A stretch of DNA of 64,000 nt from an uncultured delta proteobacterium. Lineage in GTDB: Bacteria; Myxococcota_A; UBA9160; SMWR01. The number at the start of each line of letters is the position of its first letter. The stretch's first letter is position 1. Under the pieces are notes generated by a model. That model was not told where the DNA came from and ran no database searches. It saw only the letters and a list, made by a program, of their open reading frames with translations. Shown one piece after another: positions 49,278 to 59,552 of this stretch. The stretch is from positions 608,001 through 672,000 of the forward strand of contig CAWHTE010000001.1 in NCBI GenBank assembly GCA_963832165.1. The letters are read 5' to 3'. A program made the position numbers and the translations under genes.

Positions 49278-50618
49278 CTAACGCCTCGCCTGCAGCGCGT
49301 GGAGGTCGGGGCGCAGATCAGCGGGCGCGATCGGTCGATGGTCTTCGCTCACCTTCGGCTCGCTGCGCGACTCGGTTCCGTCCAGCGCCTCGAGGGTCTT
49401 GATCGAGCGCTTGAGCACGATCGTCTCGGCGCCGTCGTCGCTGCTGCGCACCTTCAAGAACGCGGCGTCCGCCCACACGAGCTCGCCCTCGACGATCGTG
49501 CCCTCGTCGAGCGTGAGTCGCACGCGCGCGCGACCGGTCGGCTGGCTGAGCTGGGTGGTCGACTCGATCAGCAATGCATCGATGTGATCGAAGCGCCGGG
49601 TGGCGTGGCTGCGCGGATCGAGCGCGCGCTCGAAGTCGGTGCGCTCGATGCGCGGATCCGCGTCGGCGGCGCGGCTGCGCCGCACTGCGAGGATCCCGGC
49701 CTCGTTGACGAGGCCCTCGAGCTCGGCGCCGCTCATGCCCTCGGTGCGCGAGGCGATGTCCTCCAGCGACACATCGGCCGCGAGCGGCATGGTCGCGGCG
49801 TGGATCGCCAGCACCTCGCGCCGCGCATCGGCGCAGAGCGGCGGCACGGCGATGCGCCGGTCGAAGCGACCCGGGCGCAAGAGCGCAGCGTCGAGTACGT
49901 CACTGCGGTTGGTCGCCGCGATCACGACCACGCGCGCGCCGCGCTCGAAGCCGTCGAGCGAGACGAGCAGCTGGTTCAGCGTGTGCTCGCGCTCGTCGTT
50001 CACGAGCCCGATCCCCGAGCCGCGGCGACGGCCGATCGCGTCGAGCTCGTCGATGAACAGGATCGCCGGCGCGTGCTTTGCCGCGAGCTCGAAGGTGTCG
50101 CGCATGCGCGAGGCGCCGACTCCCACGAACATCTCCACGAACTCGGAGGCCGAGACGGACAGGAAGTGCGCGCGCGTCTCGCCCGCGACGGCGCGCGCGA
50201 GCAGCGTCTTGCCGCAGCCGGGCGGTCCCTCGAGCAGCACGCCGCGCGGCAGCCGCACGCCGGCGCGCTCCCAGACTTCCGGGTTCTTCAGGAAGTCGAT
50301 CAGGTCGGCGAGCTGCGCCTTCGCCTCTTCGCAGCCGCCGACACTCGCGAACGTCACGCCGGGCGATTCCGTGACCAGTCGCGCACGGCTCTTGCGCAGC
50401 TCGAGTGCGTTCGCGGTGCCGCCGCCCGCCTTGCGCAGCACCCAGACCAGCACGCCGAGCCCGATTGCGATCGGCACCAGCACCCAGATCGCGCGCACGA
50501 GCGGGCTCCCGGGGTCGCTGCCCTCGCCCCCTCCGGAGAGGAGCTGGAACCCGATCAGCAGCGCGATCACGAGCGCGGTCCACACCGCGAGCGTGCGCAG
50601 CTTGCTTCCGGACTGCAT
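49278..50618 (-). CDS. Membrane-anchored FtsH-like AAA+ ATPase without M41 protease domain; C-terminal Sm/Hfq-like domain
   Basis: 2 TM; GPPGCGKT, EMFVGVG pore loop, FIDELD, ATNR..LD.ALLRPGRFDR; no HEXXH; tail VRLTLDEGTIVEGELVWADAAFLKV...IVLKRSIKTL. Confidence 0.85.
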   Translation of the reverse strand: MQSGSKLRTLAVWTALVIALLIGFQLLSGGGEGSDPGSPLVRAIWVLVPIAIGLGVLVWVLRKAGGGTANALELRKSRARLVTESPGVTFASVGGCEEAKAQLADLIDFLKNPEVWERAGVRLPRGVLLEGPPGCGKTLLARAVAGETRAHFLSVSASEFVEMFVGVGASRMRDTFELAAKHAPAILFIDELDAIGRRRGSGIGLVNDEREHTLNQLLVSLDGFERGARVVVIAATNRSDVLDAALLRPGRFDRRIAVPPLCADARREVLAIHAATMPLAADVSLEDIASRTEGMSGAELEGLVNEAGILAVRRSRAADADPRIERTDFERALDPRSHATRRFDHIDALLIESTTQLSQPTGRARVRLTLDEGTIVEGELVWADAAFLKVRSSDDGAETIVLKRSIKTLEALDGTESRSEPKVSEDHRPIAPADLRPDLHALQARR

Positions 50619-50728
50619 GCCTGCCTCCTCGGGGGCCCGGAGCTTCATCGGTCGATCGCGGAGCGAGCTGGATCACAGCGCTACAGCGCCGTGCTCCGAT
50701 ACAATCCCGCGCCGTGAGAGGACCCCGC

Positions 50729-53700
50729 GTGTCGACCGCCGCGATCGGCGCAATCGCGTTCCTGGCGGCCGCAATCGGTTTCGCCGCGCCCGCAGGTGCC
50801 CAGGGGTTGGCGCTGCCGGGGGCCGAACCCGTCCCCGCTGCCGAGCAGAATCAGCTCGACGACCTGCGCGCGGAGGCCGCGCGCTTCGAGGCGCACGCGT
50901 CGGAGTGGAAGGCGAAGGGCGCCGAGTACGAAGACGGGGCGCGCCGCGCACCCGCGGAGCTCGCGGCGATCGAGGCCGAGATCGTGCGCGGCAAGCGAGC
51001 GCTGCCCGCAGAGGTCCCCGCGGACGCTCCGCTCGACCAGCTCGAGGTGCTCGAGATCGGTGCGCAGCAGGACGCGGCGCTCGCGCAGCGCGAGCAGAGC
51101 GAGTTCGAGACCGAGCGCGAGCGCCTCGCACTGCGCCGCCGCGAGCTGCCCGCGGTGCTCGCGGAAGCCAAGAAGCGGCTCGCAGAATCCCCCGCACCCG
51201 CGCCAGCGGTCCAGCAGGAAGGCGCGGCGGTCGACGCAGTACGGCAGCGCGTCGCCGAGCAGCGCCGCGCTGCGTTCGAGAGCGAGGTGCGCGCGCTCGA
51301 GCAGGAGCTCGCGACGCACGAGGTGCGCGCGCGGCTGATCGAAGCGAAGGCCGCGCGCGCGGAGCAGCGCGCGCAGCAGCAGCAGGCCGGTCTGGCCGCG
51401 ATCCAGCGCGTGATCTCCGAGCGGCGACAGGCCGAGGCGAGGAGCGCGATCGAGAGCGCGCTCGACTCGATCGACGCCGCCGCGACACTGGCTCCCGAAG
51501 CGCGCGACGAAGTGCGCCGGCTCGCCGAGCAGAACGCCGAGCTCGCGCGCGGGCGCACGGGCGAGCAGGGTGTGATCCAGTCGATCGACAGCGTCTCGCG
51601 CAAGCTCGCGAGCGTCAATCGCCGACTCACCGAGGTCGACGCCGATCTCGAACGGCTGTCGCACAAGCTCGCCGCAGATGGACTCACGCGCTCGCTCGGG
51701 ATGGTGCTGCTCAAGGCGCGCTCACAGGCGCCCGACGTCGGCAAGACGCGGCGCTTCATGCGGATCCGCCAGCAGGAGATCGCGGCCGTGCAGGTGCGCG
51801 TGGAAGAGCTGCGCGATCAGCTCTCCAAGTTCAAGAACATCGACTCCGCGGTCGCGACTGCGATCAAGAGCTTCCCGGGTGGGGTCGGGGAGGCCGACCG
51901 CCCGCAGCTCGAGAATCTGCTGCGCGACCTGCTCGAGACCCGGCGCGAGCACCTCGGCGCACTGCTGCGCGACTACGAGCAGTACTTCCAGGTGCTCGTC
52001 GACTACGACACGAGCCAGCAGCAGCTGGTCCAGAAGACGGAAGACCTGCTGCACTTCATCGATCAGCGCATCCTCTGGGTGCCTAGCAGCGGGGCGGTGC
52101 AGGCGAAGACGTTCCGCGACGGGGTCGATGCGCTGAGCTGGCTCGGAGAGCCCCTCCACTGGATCCGCCTGGGACGCGCGCTGATCGATGCGTTCTTCGC
52201 GGCGCCGCTCTTGAACGTCGCCGCCGCGCTGGTGTTCGCGGGAGCGTTCGCGCTGCGCCCGGCGATGCGGCGCCGATTGCACGAGGTGGCCGAGCAGGCG
52301 CGCCGGCCGACGCAGATCTCCATCTTCCCGACGCTCCAGGCGCTCGCGATCTCGCTCGTGCTGGCGCCGTGGGGCGCGGCACTGATCGCCTATCTGGGCT
52401 GGCGCGTATCGCTCTCGGCCGAAGCGACGCCGTTCGTGCGCAGCGTGGCGCAGGGACTGATCGGAGCGGCCGTCGTCTGGCTCTCGCTCGAGATCCCCCG
52501 CCAGGTGGTGCGCCGCGACGGCGTCGCCGAGGCGCACTTCGCGTGGCCCGCCGACGCGGTGGCATCGCTTCATCGTCAGATTCGCTGGCTGATCACGATC
52601 GCGGTGCCGCTCGCGTTCGTGATTCAGGTATTCGAGATGCGCGGCGTGGTCGCGTGGCGCGAGTCGGTGGGCCGCGCTGCGCTGATCGCGCTGCTCGGCG
52701 TGGTGGCGGTGTTCACGCATCGCGTGGTGCGCGAAGAGGGCGCGATCCCCGCAATTCTGCGCAGCTCCACGCGGACCGGAATGCGCCCCTGGGTCGGGCG
52801 CGCCGTCCACTTTGCGGCGGTCGTGTTTCCGATCGGACTCGCCGCCGCGGCCGCGCGCGGCTACAGCTGGACGGCCCTCCAGCTCGCGGCTCGCTATCAC
52901 CTGACGCTCGTCTTCCTGTTCCTTTTGCTCGCGAGCGCTGCACCTCGCGCTGCGCTGGAGCCTGCTCGCGCACCGCCGGCTGGCCTTCGACCAGTGGCGC
53001 GCCGCGCGCGAAGCCGAGCGCGCGGAAGCCGCCAGCGCGGAAGAGACGGGCGAGCGCACCGTGGTGCCCGAGCCCGAGCTCGACCTCGGCGACGTGGATG
53101 CGCAGACGCGTCGTCTGGTCTCCACCTCTGCGGTGGTCGCGATGCTGCTCGGGCTCTGGGTGCTCTGGGCCGACTTCGTGCCGGCGCTCCGCGTGCTCGA
53201 CGAGGTGGAGCTCTGGACCACCACCCAGTCGCAGGTGGTCGAGATCGCCGCGCCGGACGGCACTCGCTCGTCCCACACCGAGCAGCGGCTGGTGCCGATC
53301 ACGCTCGCGAGCGTGCTCGCGGCCGCCGTGGTCGCGTTCATGACGATCGCCGTGGCGCGCAATCTCGCCGGACTGCTCGAGGTCTCGCTGTTCCGGCGCT
53401 GGGAGCCCGGACCCGGCGAGCGCTATGCGATCACTTCGATCGCGCGCTATGCGGTCAGCCTGCTCGGCGGCGTGCTCGCGTTCAACGCGATTGGAGTGGG
53501 CTGGTCGAAAGTCCAGTGGCTCGTGGCTGCGGTGGGTCTCGGGCTCGGCTTCGGCCTCCAGGAGATCTTCGCGAATTTCGTCTCGGGGCTGATCATCCTG
53601 TTCGAGCGGCCGATTCGCGTCGGCGACACGGTGACCGTGGGCACCACGAGCGGGACCGTGGCTCGGATCCGGATCCGCGCCACCTGGATCACCCAGTTCG

Positions 53701-54101
53701 ACCGCAAGGAGCTCGTCGTGCCGAACAAGGAGTTCGTCACGAGCCAGCTCGTGAACTGGACGCTCTCGGACACCGTGCTGCGCGTCGACATCCCCGTGAG
53801 CATCGCCTACGGCGCGGATGTGGACGCCGCGCTGAGCGAGCTGATCGCGCTGGCGCAGGCGAACGAGCACGTGCTCGAAGATCCGAAGCCGCGCGCGCTG
53901 TTCCTGGGCTTCGGCGCGAACACGATGAACCTCGAGCTGCGCGTCTACAGCCCCGACGTCGAGCACACGCTGCCGATCCGACACGATCTGCACCTGGCGA
54001 TCGAGCGCGCGTTCAGCGCCGCGGGGATTCCATTCACTCCGCCCCCGGCGCCGGCGGCGCCTCCGGCTCCCCCCGCGCCGAGTCCGAAGCCGGCGCGCTG
54101 A
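50729..54101 (+). CDS. Large MscS-family mechanosensitive channel (MscK/KefA-like), frameshift near 52935
   Basis: Signal peptide, long coiled coil, ILWVPS, multiple TMs, GLGFGLQEIFANFVSGLIILFERPIRVGD, VPNKEF. Confidence 0.88.
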
Positions 54102-54122
54102 GTCGTGACTCAGCCGCGTCCA

Positions 54123-54905
54123 TCACTGCCCGCGGAACACCGGCGGTCGGCGCTCCGCCATGGCGGCGACGCCCTCGCGGAAGTCGGCGGTGTGCTGCAG
54201 GCGTTCCTGCTCCGCGCGCTCGCGCTTGGTCGCGGCGCGGATCTCCTCGGCGAGACCGCCGCGCATGGTGTCGCGGATCGAGGCGACCGCGAGCGGGCCC
54301 GACGCGGCGATCTCGGCCGCGAACGCGCGCGCTTCCTCGCGCACGCGCGCGAGCGGCACGAGCCGATCGACGAGCCCGATCGCGAGCGCGCGCTCTCCGT
54401 CGATCCGCGCGCCGGTGTAGAGCAGCTCGAGCGCGCGCTGCTGGCCGATCGCGCGCGGCAGCGTCACCGAGAGACCGAAGCCGTGGTGGAAGCCGAGGCG
54501 CGCGAAGTTGGCGGAGAAGCGCGCGTCGGGCACCGCGACGCGGAAGTCGGGCCACAGCGCGAGGCCGAGACCGCCGCCGATCGCGGCTCCCTGCACCGCC
54601 GCCACGACCGGCGTGCGCGTGGCGAACAGCCGCACTGCCTCGTCGTAGAGGTGCTGGCCGACGGCGTGCAGACCCGGCTGCTCGGTTGTGGCGAAGTTGG
54701 CGCCCGCGCAGAAGTGCTTGCCTTCGGAGGCGAGCACCGCCGCACGGCAGCGCGGTTCGGCGTCGAGCGCCTCGAACGCGTCGGCGAGCAATCCGATCAG
54801 CGTCTGATCGAAGAAATTGTTCGGCGCGCGCCGGATCTCGGCGATCGCGACGAAGTCGTCTCCGAGGTCCACCGAGATGTCTCCGAAGCGCCCGAACTCA
54901 GCCAC
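54123..54905 (-). CDS. Enoyl-CoA hydratase/isomerase family
   Basis: HFCAGANF, VQGAAIGGGLGLAL, DFREGVAA. Confidence 0.92.
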   Translation of the reverse strand: MAEFGRFGDISVDLGDDFVAIAEIRRAPNNFFDQTLIGLLADAFEALDAEPRCRAAVLASEGKHFCAGANFATTEQPGLHAVGQHLYDEAVRLFATRTPVVAAVQGAAIGGGLGLALWPDFRVAVPDARFSANFARLGFHHGFGLSVTLPRAIGQQRALELLYTGARIDGERALAIGLVDRLVPLARVREEARAFAAEIAASGPLAVASIRDTMRGGLAEEIRAATKRERAEQERLQHTADFREGVAAMAERRPPVFRGQ

Positions 54906-54917
54906 ACGAACCTCCGT

Positions 54918-56096
54918 TCAACGCGGTAATCCGACCAGATTGCGCGCGATGATCACGCGCTGCACCTGGCCGGTGCCCTCGACGATGTCCATCGCCTTGA
55001 CGTCGCGATAGAGCTTCTCGATCAGGTGATCGCCGCGCGCGCCCGTGGCGCCGAGCAGCTCCATGCCGAGCGCCGTCGCCTCCTGCGCGACGCCCGCCGC
55101 GAGCGCCTTCGCCATCGACGCCTCGGTGACGTTGGGGCGCTCGCGATCGGCGAGCCAGCCCGCGCGCAGGCACACCAGGCGCGCCATGCGCAGCTTGCGC
55201 GCCATCGCCTCGAGCCGGTCGCGCACGCGCACGCGATCCAGGAGCTCGTTCTCGCGCGCGAACGCGAGCGCCTCGTCGAGCGCCGCGCGCCCCATGCCGA
55301 CCGCGTTCGCGGCGATGATCGGCCGCCCCGCGTTGAACGTGCGCATCGCGGTCTTGAAGCCGGCCGACGATTCGTAGCGCGCCTCGCCGCCGAGCAGATT
55401 CGCTGCGGGCACGCGGCAATCGGAGAGCGTGAACGAGGTCGACTCGTACGCCTTGAGTCCCATCTTCTTCTCGATCTTCCACCCGCCGAGTCCGGGCGTG
55501 CCGCGCTCGACGAAGAACGAGCGCTGTGCGCCGCGTCCGCGCTCGGCGCCGACCACCGCCTGCACGAGGATCCAGTCGGCGCGCGAAGCGCCGCCGATGA
55601 AGCACTTCGCGCCGTTAAGGACCCAACTGTCGCCGTCCACGCGCGCGGACGTCGCGATCGCAGCGGCGTCGGAGCCCGCGCCCGGCTCCGTCATGGCGAA
55701 GCACGCCCAGCGCGGCCGGTCGAGCTCGAGGAAGGGTCCGAGGTACTTCTGCTTCTGCTCCTCGGTTCCCATCGCGAGCACGTTCGTCTCGGGCAGGCCC
55801 GGGCCCGGATCGGCGACCGTGACCCCGCGGTCCCAGTAGGCGAGCTCTTCGAGCAGGAGCAACGTCTCGACGACGCTCGTCGGCTCGCGCGGCTCATGCT
55901 TCGCGCCCGCGGGACCCGGCCAGCGCGTGCGCCCACCCCCGCGCTCGATGAACTTCGCGAAGTACGGGTGATCGACGGGAAGCGGCGCCGAGAGCCGGTC
56001 GGCTTCGAGGCCGGCGGGGCGCATCGCCGAGCGGCCCCACTCGCGCGCGTCGGCGAGACGCTCGCGCGTGCGCTCGGTGATCCTGAAATCGATCAT
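54918..56096 (-). CDS. Acyl-CoA dehydrogenase (catalytic-type subunit)
   Basis: FAMTEPGAGSD, LNGAKCFI, EKLYRDVK.MDIVEGTGQVQR. Confidence 0.92.
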   Translation of the reverse strand: MIDFRITERTRERLADAREWGRSAMRPAGLEADRLSAPLPVDHPYFAKFIERGGGRTRWPGPAGAKHEPREPTSVVETLLLLEELAYWDRGVTVADPGPGLPETNVLAMGTEEQKQKYLGPFLELDRPRWACFAMTEPGAGSDAAAIATSARVDGDSWVLNGAKCFIGGASRADWILVQAVVGAERGRGAQRSFFVERGTPGLGGWKIEKKMGLKAYESTSFTLSDCRVPAANLLGGEARYESSAGFKTAMRTFNAGRPIIAANAVGMGRAALDEALAFARENELLDRVRVRDRLEAMARKLRMARLVCLRAGWLADRERPNVTEASMAKALAAGVAQEATALGMELLGATGARGDHLIEKLYRDVKAMDIVEGTGQVQRVIIARNLVGLPR

Positions 56097-57163
56097 GCGA
56101 GCTCCAAGGCGAGGCCGGGGCTGTCGCAGAGCTCGCGACCGGCATCCTCGATCGCGGCGTCGAACCCGCCGAGCCAGAGCCCGAGCGCGCGCGACTCGCG
56201 CATGGCTTTCTCCATCGGATAATCGGCCATGAATCCGTGACCGCCGAGGATCTGCACGCCGCTCGGTCCGATCAGGCGCGACGCCTCTATGCACTGTGCG
56301 AATGCAGCGGCCGCTGGACCCGCGCAGGGCAGGCCCGAGTCGACGCGCCAGGCGGCCTCGTGCACGAGCAGGCGCGCGCCGTCGAGCGCCATCTGCATGT
56401 CGGCGATCAGGAACGCGAGCGCCTGATGGTGCGCGATCGGGCGGCCGAACGCGTGGCGCTGGAGCGCATAACCGCGCGAGAAGTCGCACGCGTCGCGCAG
56501 CACCCCGAGCAGCAGCGACGCGGCGTAGAGGCGCGCACGCGCGCGGGCGCGCGCGGCGCCGATGGGGCTCGACGCCCGCGCCGCGATCGGCGCAGACTCG
56601 AGGCGCAGCGAGCACGCCCCCGCGGCGCGCAGACCCGACCCCGGCAGCGCGCGCACGTCGATCGCCTCACGCACGAGCAGGAGCTCGTCACCCGCGAGCG
56701 CGACGACCACGTCCGCGCGCGAGGCCGGCAGCCATGCGACCTCGGCATCCACGCGCGCGCCGTCGGCCGAGATCTGGAGCTCGCCTCCGTCGATCCAGGC
56801 CGCGCGCGCGCCCGGGGCAGAGAGCGCTCCGAGGAACTGCGAGAGCAGCGCGTCGTCGCCGATCTCGAGCACGCCGTAGAGCGCGGGTCCGAACGGGTCG
56901 AGCGCGAGAGCGGCGCCCGCATCGGCGGCCGCGAGCTCCTCGTTCACCGTCGCGCGCGCGAGCGCGCCGAGCCCGGCGCCGTCGCGCGCGATCGGCAGCT
57001 CGAGTCCCGCGAGCCCGACCGCCGCGTAGGCGTCGCGCACCGGCTGCGCCACCGCGCGGGCGGCCTCGGCTTCGCGCAGCCGCGGGCGCAGCTGTTCCTG
57101 CGCGAGCTTGCGCGCCGTGTCGGCGAGCAGCGAGAGCTCGTCGCCGGGGTCGAAGTCCAACAC
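56093..57163 (-). CDS. Acyl-CoA dehydrogenase-like (degenerate partner subunit)
   Basis: RHAFGRPIAHHQ, VQILGGHGF...YPMEK; lacks TEPxxGSD and the C-terminal Glu. Confidence 0.85.
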   Translation of the reverse strand: MLDFDPGDELSLLADTARKLAQEQLRPRLREAEAARAVAQPVRDAYAAVGLAGLELPIARDGAGLGALARATVNEELAAADAGAALALDPFGPALYGVLEIGDDALLSQFLGALSAPGARAAWIDGGELQISADGARVDAEVAWLPASRADVVVALAGDELLLVREAIDVRALPGSGLRAAGACSLRLESAPIAARASSPIGAARARARARLYAASLLLGVLRDACDFSRGYALQRHAFGRPIAHHQALAFLIADMQMALDGARLLVHEAAWRVDSGLPCAGPAAAAFAQCIEASRLIGPSGVQILGGHGFMADYPMEKAMRESRALGLWLGGFDAAIEDAGRELCDSPGLALELA

Positions 57164-57226
57164 GCGAACACCTTACCGCGGCGCCACCGCGCGCGCCCCG
57201 ATACGATGTCCGCGGAGGGGGGAGTG

Positions 57227-58822
57227 ATGATCGGCGCTCGCGGGCGCTGCGCCGCGCTGCTCGCGCTGCTCGCGGTGGCCTACGTCGCGGTGTTCGTACC
57301 GCCGAACCGCACCGGCAGCGCAGACGTGAACATGCTCGGCGTGTTCCAGGTCGACGAGTTCGCGCAGTACCACGTGCTGTGGCGCATGACGGATCCCGCG
57401 GAGTCGGTGGGCGACGCTCTGCACCAGTTCGTCGCCTACGACTACTACTCGTACGGGTTCCCGTTCTTCGCCGGAAGCGCACTGACATTCTGGCCGCTGC
57501 GCCAGGCCTACACGAGCGCCGGCGAGCCCGGCCTCACGCGCGCGAGCATGCTCCTGCTGCGCGAGCTCTCGCCGCTGCTCGACGCGCTCTCGATCCTGAT
57601 CCTCGTCGCGCTGTGGACCGGCTTCCGCTCGACGCCGCACGCGGTGGGGCTGTTCGTGTTTCTCGCTGCGCTACCCGCCGTGGTGGCCGACTGCATGTGG
57701 TGGCACCCCGACGCATGGGTGACGTTCTTCGTCGTGGTCACGATCGCGGCGCTCGTGCGCGATCGGCGGCGGCTCGGCCGCTGGTTCTACGCCGCGGCGA
57801 TCGCGTGCGGGCTCGCCACGGCGACCAAGCTCGTGGGCCTGTGGTTCTTCGCCGCGGTCGCGCTGCATCTCGTGCGCGCGCTGCCGGAGCGCTCGTGGCG
57901 GGGCGTGGTGCTGCACGGCGCGGGATTCGCGGTGCTCATGGCCATCTCGATCATCGCGGCGAGCCCGATGCTCTTCGTGCCGGGTGAGTGGGAGAAGATC
58001 CTGGCGATCCAGGGTCCGATGCAGTCGATCATCGCCTTCGGCTGGGGGGAGCGCAGCAGCGCGGGACTCGCCGCGTGGGTTCCCACGCTGCGCAGCGGCT
58101 TCGGCGGGGCAATCGCACTGCTGACGTTCGGGTCCCTGGGCGTCGCGGCGATCTGGCGCGACCGGGAGCGGCGCGACCTCGCCGTGACGATCCTCGCGTT
58201 CGCGCTTCCGCTCTGCACGTACGTGATCTTCGTCGTCGCCTATCAGGGCGAGCGCTATCTGCTGCCCGCGCTGCTGCCGCTCGCCTCGTGCGCGGGGAGC
58301 GAGGTCTGGCTGCGCGCGCTGCGCAGTGCGTCGGCGCCGCGCGCCGCGCGCCTGGCGAGCGCCGCGGTGGCGCTCGCGCTGGGCAGCGCGCTCGTGCAGT
58401 TCGTGCCCGTCGATCTGCGCCGCTACCGCGAGGTGCTCGCGCGCGAGGGCGAGAGCGCGTCGCTCGCGTTCTACGCTCGGCTCGAACGCGACGTGCTCGC
58501 CGCGCTGCCCGCAGACGCCCAGCTGCGGATCCTGCGCACCGCCTACGCCTACGTGCCGCCCGATCCGCGCTTCGAGGTGCATCTGCGCTGGGGCGGGTTC
58601 GAGCTCGGCGATCTGTCCACGGCCAATCCCGACCTCGTGCTCGTGCGCCGCGAGGACCTCGACCGCTACGCCGATCCGACCTTCTTCGAGCGCAGCAACG
58701 ACCCCGAGCGCGCCCGGCGCATGTACGCGTTCTACAGCGCGGCCGCGAGCGATGCGCTGCCGGGCTACCGGCGCCTGATCGAGGACGACTTCGCGCTCGC
58801 GTTCGGGCGCGCCGCGAACTAG
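57227..58822 (+). CDS. Polytopic membrane protein, GT-C (ArnT/PMT-like) glycosyltransferase candidate
   Basis: Loop DE after TM1, HPD, GLATATKL, ERYLLP, many TMs. Confidence 0.6.
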   Translation: MIGARGRCAALLALLAVAYVAVFVPPNRTGSADVNMLGVFQVDEFAQYHVLWRMTDPAESVGDALHQFVAYDYYSYGFPFFAGSALTFWPLRQAYTSAGEPGLTRASMLLLRELSPLLDALSILILVALWTGFRSTPHAVGLFVFLAALPAVVADCMWWHPDAWVTFFVVVTIAALVRDRRRLGRWFYAAAIACGLATATKLVGLWFFAAVALHLVRALPERSWRGVVLHGAGFAVLMAISIIAASPMLFVPGEWEKILAIQGPMQSIIAFGWGERSSAGLAAWVPTLRSGFGGAIALLTFGSLGVAAIWRDRERRDLAVTILAFALPLCTYVIFVVAYQGERYLLPALLPLASCAGSEVWLRALRSASAPRAARLASAAVALALGSALVQFVPVDLRRYREVLAREGESASLAFYARLERDVLAALPADAQLRILRTAYAYVPPDPRFEVHLRWGGFELGDLSTANPDLVLVRREDLDRYADPTFFERSNDPERARRMYAFYSAAASDALPGYRRLIEDDFALAFGRAAN

Positions 58823-59430
58823 GCGCGCGTTGCGACGCCGCGGTACATCTGGGCCACCAGGCCCGGGCCCTTGGCGCGGAAGCGGTCGAGCGAGGTCAGC
58901 TCGAAGCCCACGTCCGCGACCAGGCGGTCGATCGGGCGGTTGATGTTGCAGCCGTCGCTGATCCGCCTCCAGAGCGGGTTCACGCGGTCCTGCCAGCGAG
59001 CGGTGCTCTCGCGCTCGGCCTTGCCGTGCTCGATGAACAGGTAGCGGCCGCCGGGCTTGAGCACGCGGCGCATCTCGCGCAGCGCCCCGGAGGCATCGGG
59101 GATCGAACAGAGCGTCCAGGTGGTGAGCACGCAGTCGAAGCGACCGGCGTCGAACGGCAGCGCGCCGTCGGCGGGCAGCGCGGTCCGGATCACCGGGAAC
59201 CGGGCCTCGGCTACGCGCGCATCCACGGCCGCGACGCCCTCGGTCACGAGCGGATCGAGGCCCGTCACCGATTTCACCGACGACGGGTAGAGGGCCAGGT
59301 TGCGACCCGTGCCGAAGCCCACCTCGAGCACCTCACCTTCGGCCAGGCCGACGGTCTCGGGGCGCATGTGGTCCATGAATCCCATGATCCAGTCCTGAAA
59401 GCGGGGCTTGATGAAGTCGCGCAGAGCCAT
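58819..59430 (-). CDS. Class I SAM-dependent methyltransferase
   Basis: VLEVGFGTG, LPFDAGRFD, RVLKPGG, GCNINR. Confidence 0.92.
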   Translation of the reverse strand: MALRDFIKPRFQDWIMGFMDHMRPETVGLAEGEVLEVGFGTGRNLALYPSSVKSVTGLDPLVTEGVAAVDARVAEARFPVIRTALPADGALPFDAGRFDCVLTTWTLCSIPDASGALREMRRVLKPGGRYLFIEHGKAERESTARWQDRVNPLWRRISDGCNINRPIDRLVADVGFELTSLDRFRAKGPGLVAQMYRGVATRA

Positions 59431-59497
59431 GGGGCACCTCGGAGGGGAGTCGTGTGAGTGCACTCTACCCCAAGGAGATCAGCCCGATGAATTTCAC

Positions 59498-59537
59498 TTG
59501 ACGGGTAATAGTTAACGATGTAGTTAACTATATACCC
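59498..59537 (+). promoter_or_regulatory. Promoter/operator: TTGACG -35 and perfect 9-6-9 inverted repeat (probable ArsR operator)
   Basis: ATAGTTAAC-gatgta-GTTAACTAT at 59508-59531, flanked by GGGTA/TACCC, upstream of an operon with an ArsR gene. Confidence 0.75.
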
Positions 59538-59552
59538 ACCCCGGAGGACCCG

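Noticed and set aside
49278..50618. Calling the AAA gene canonical ftsH
   Set aside because: It lacks the HEXXH M41 protease domain and the periplasmic domain
50405..54952. Very long ORFs (1515, 1105, 1000, 861, 831 aa etc.) and many antisense ORFs in the track
   Set aside because: Arg/Ala/Pro-rich shadow frames typical of high GC, or real genes extended by a frameshift or a spurious upstream start
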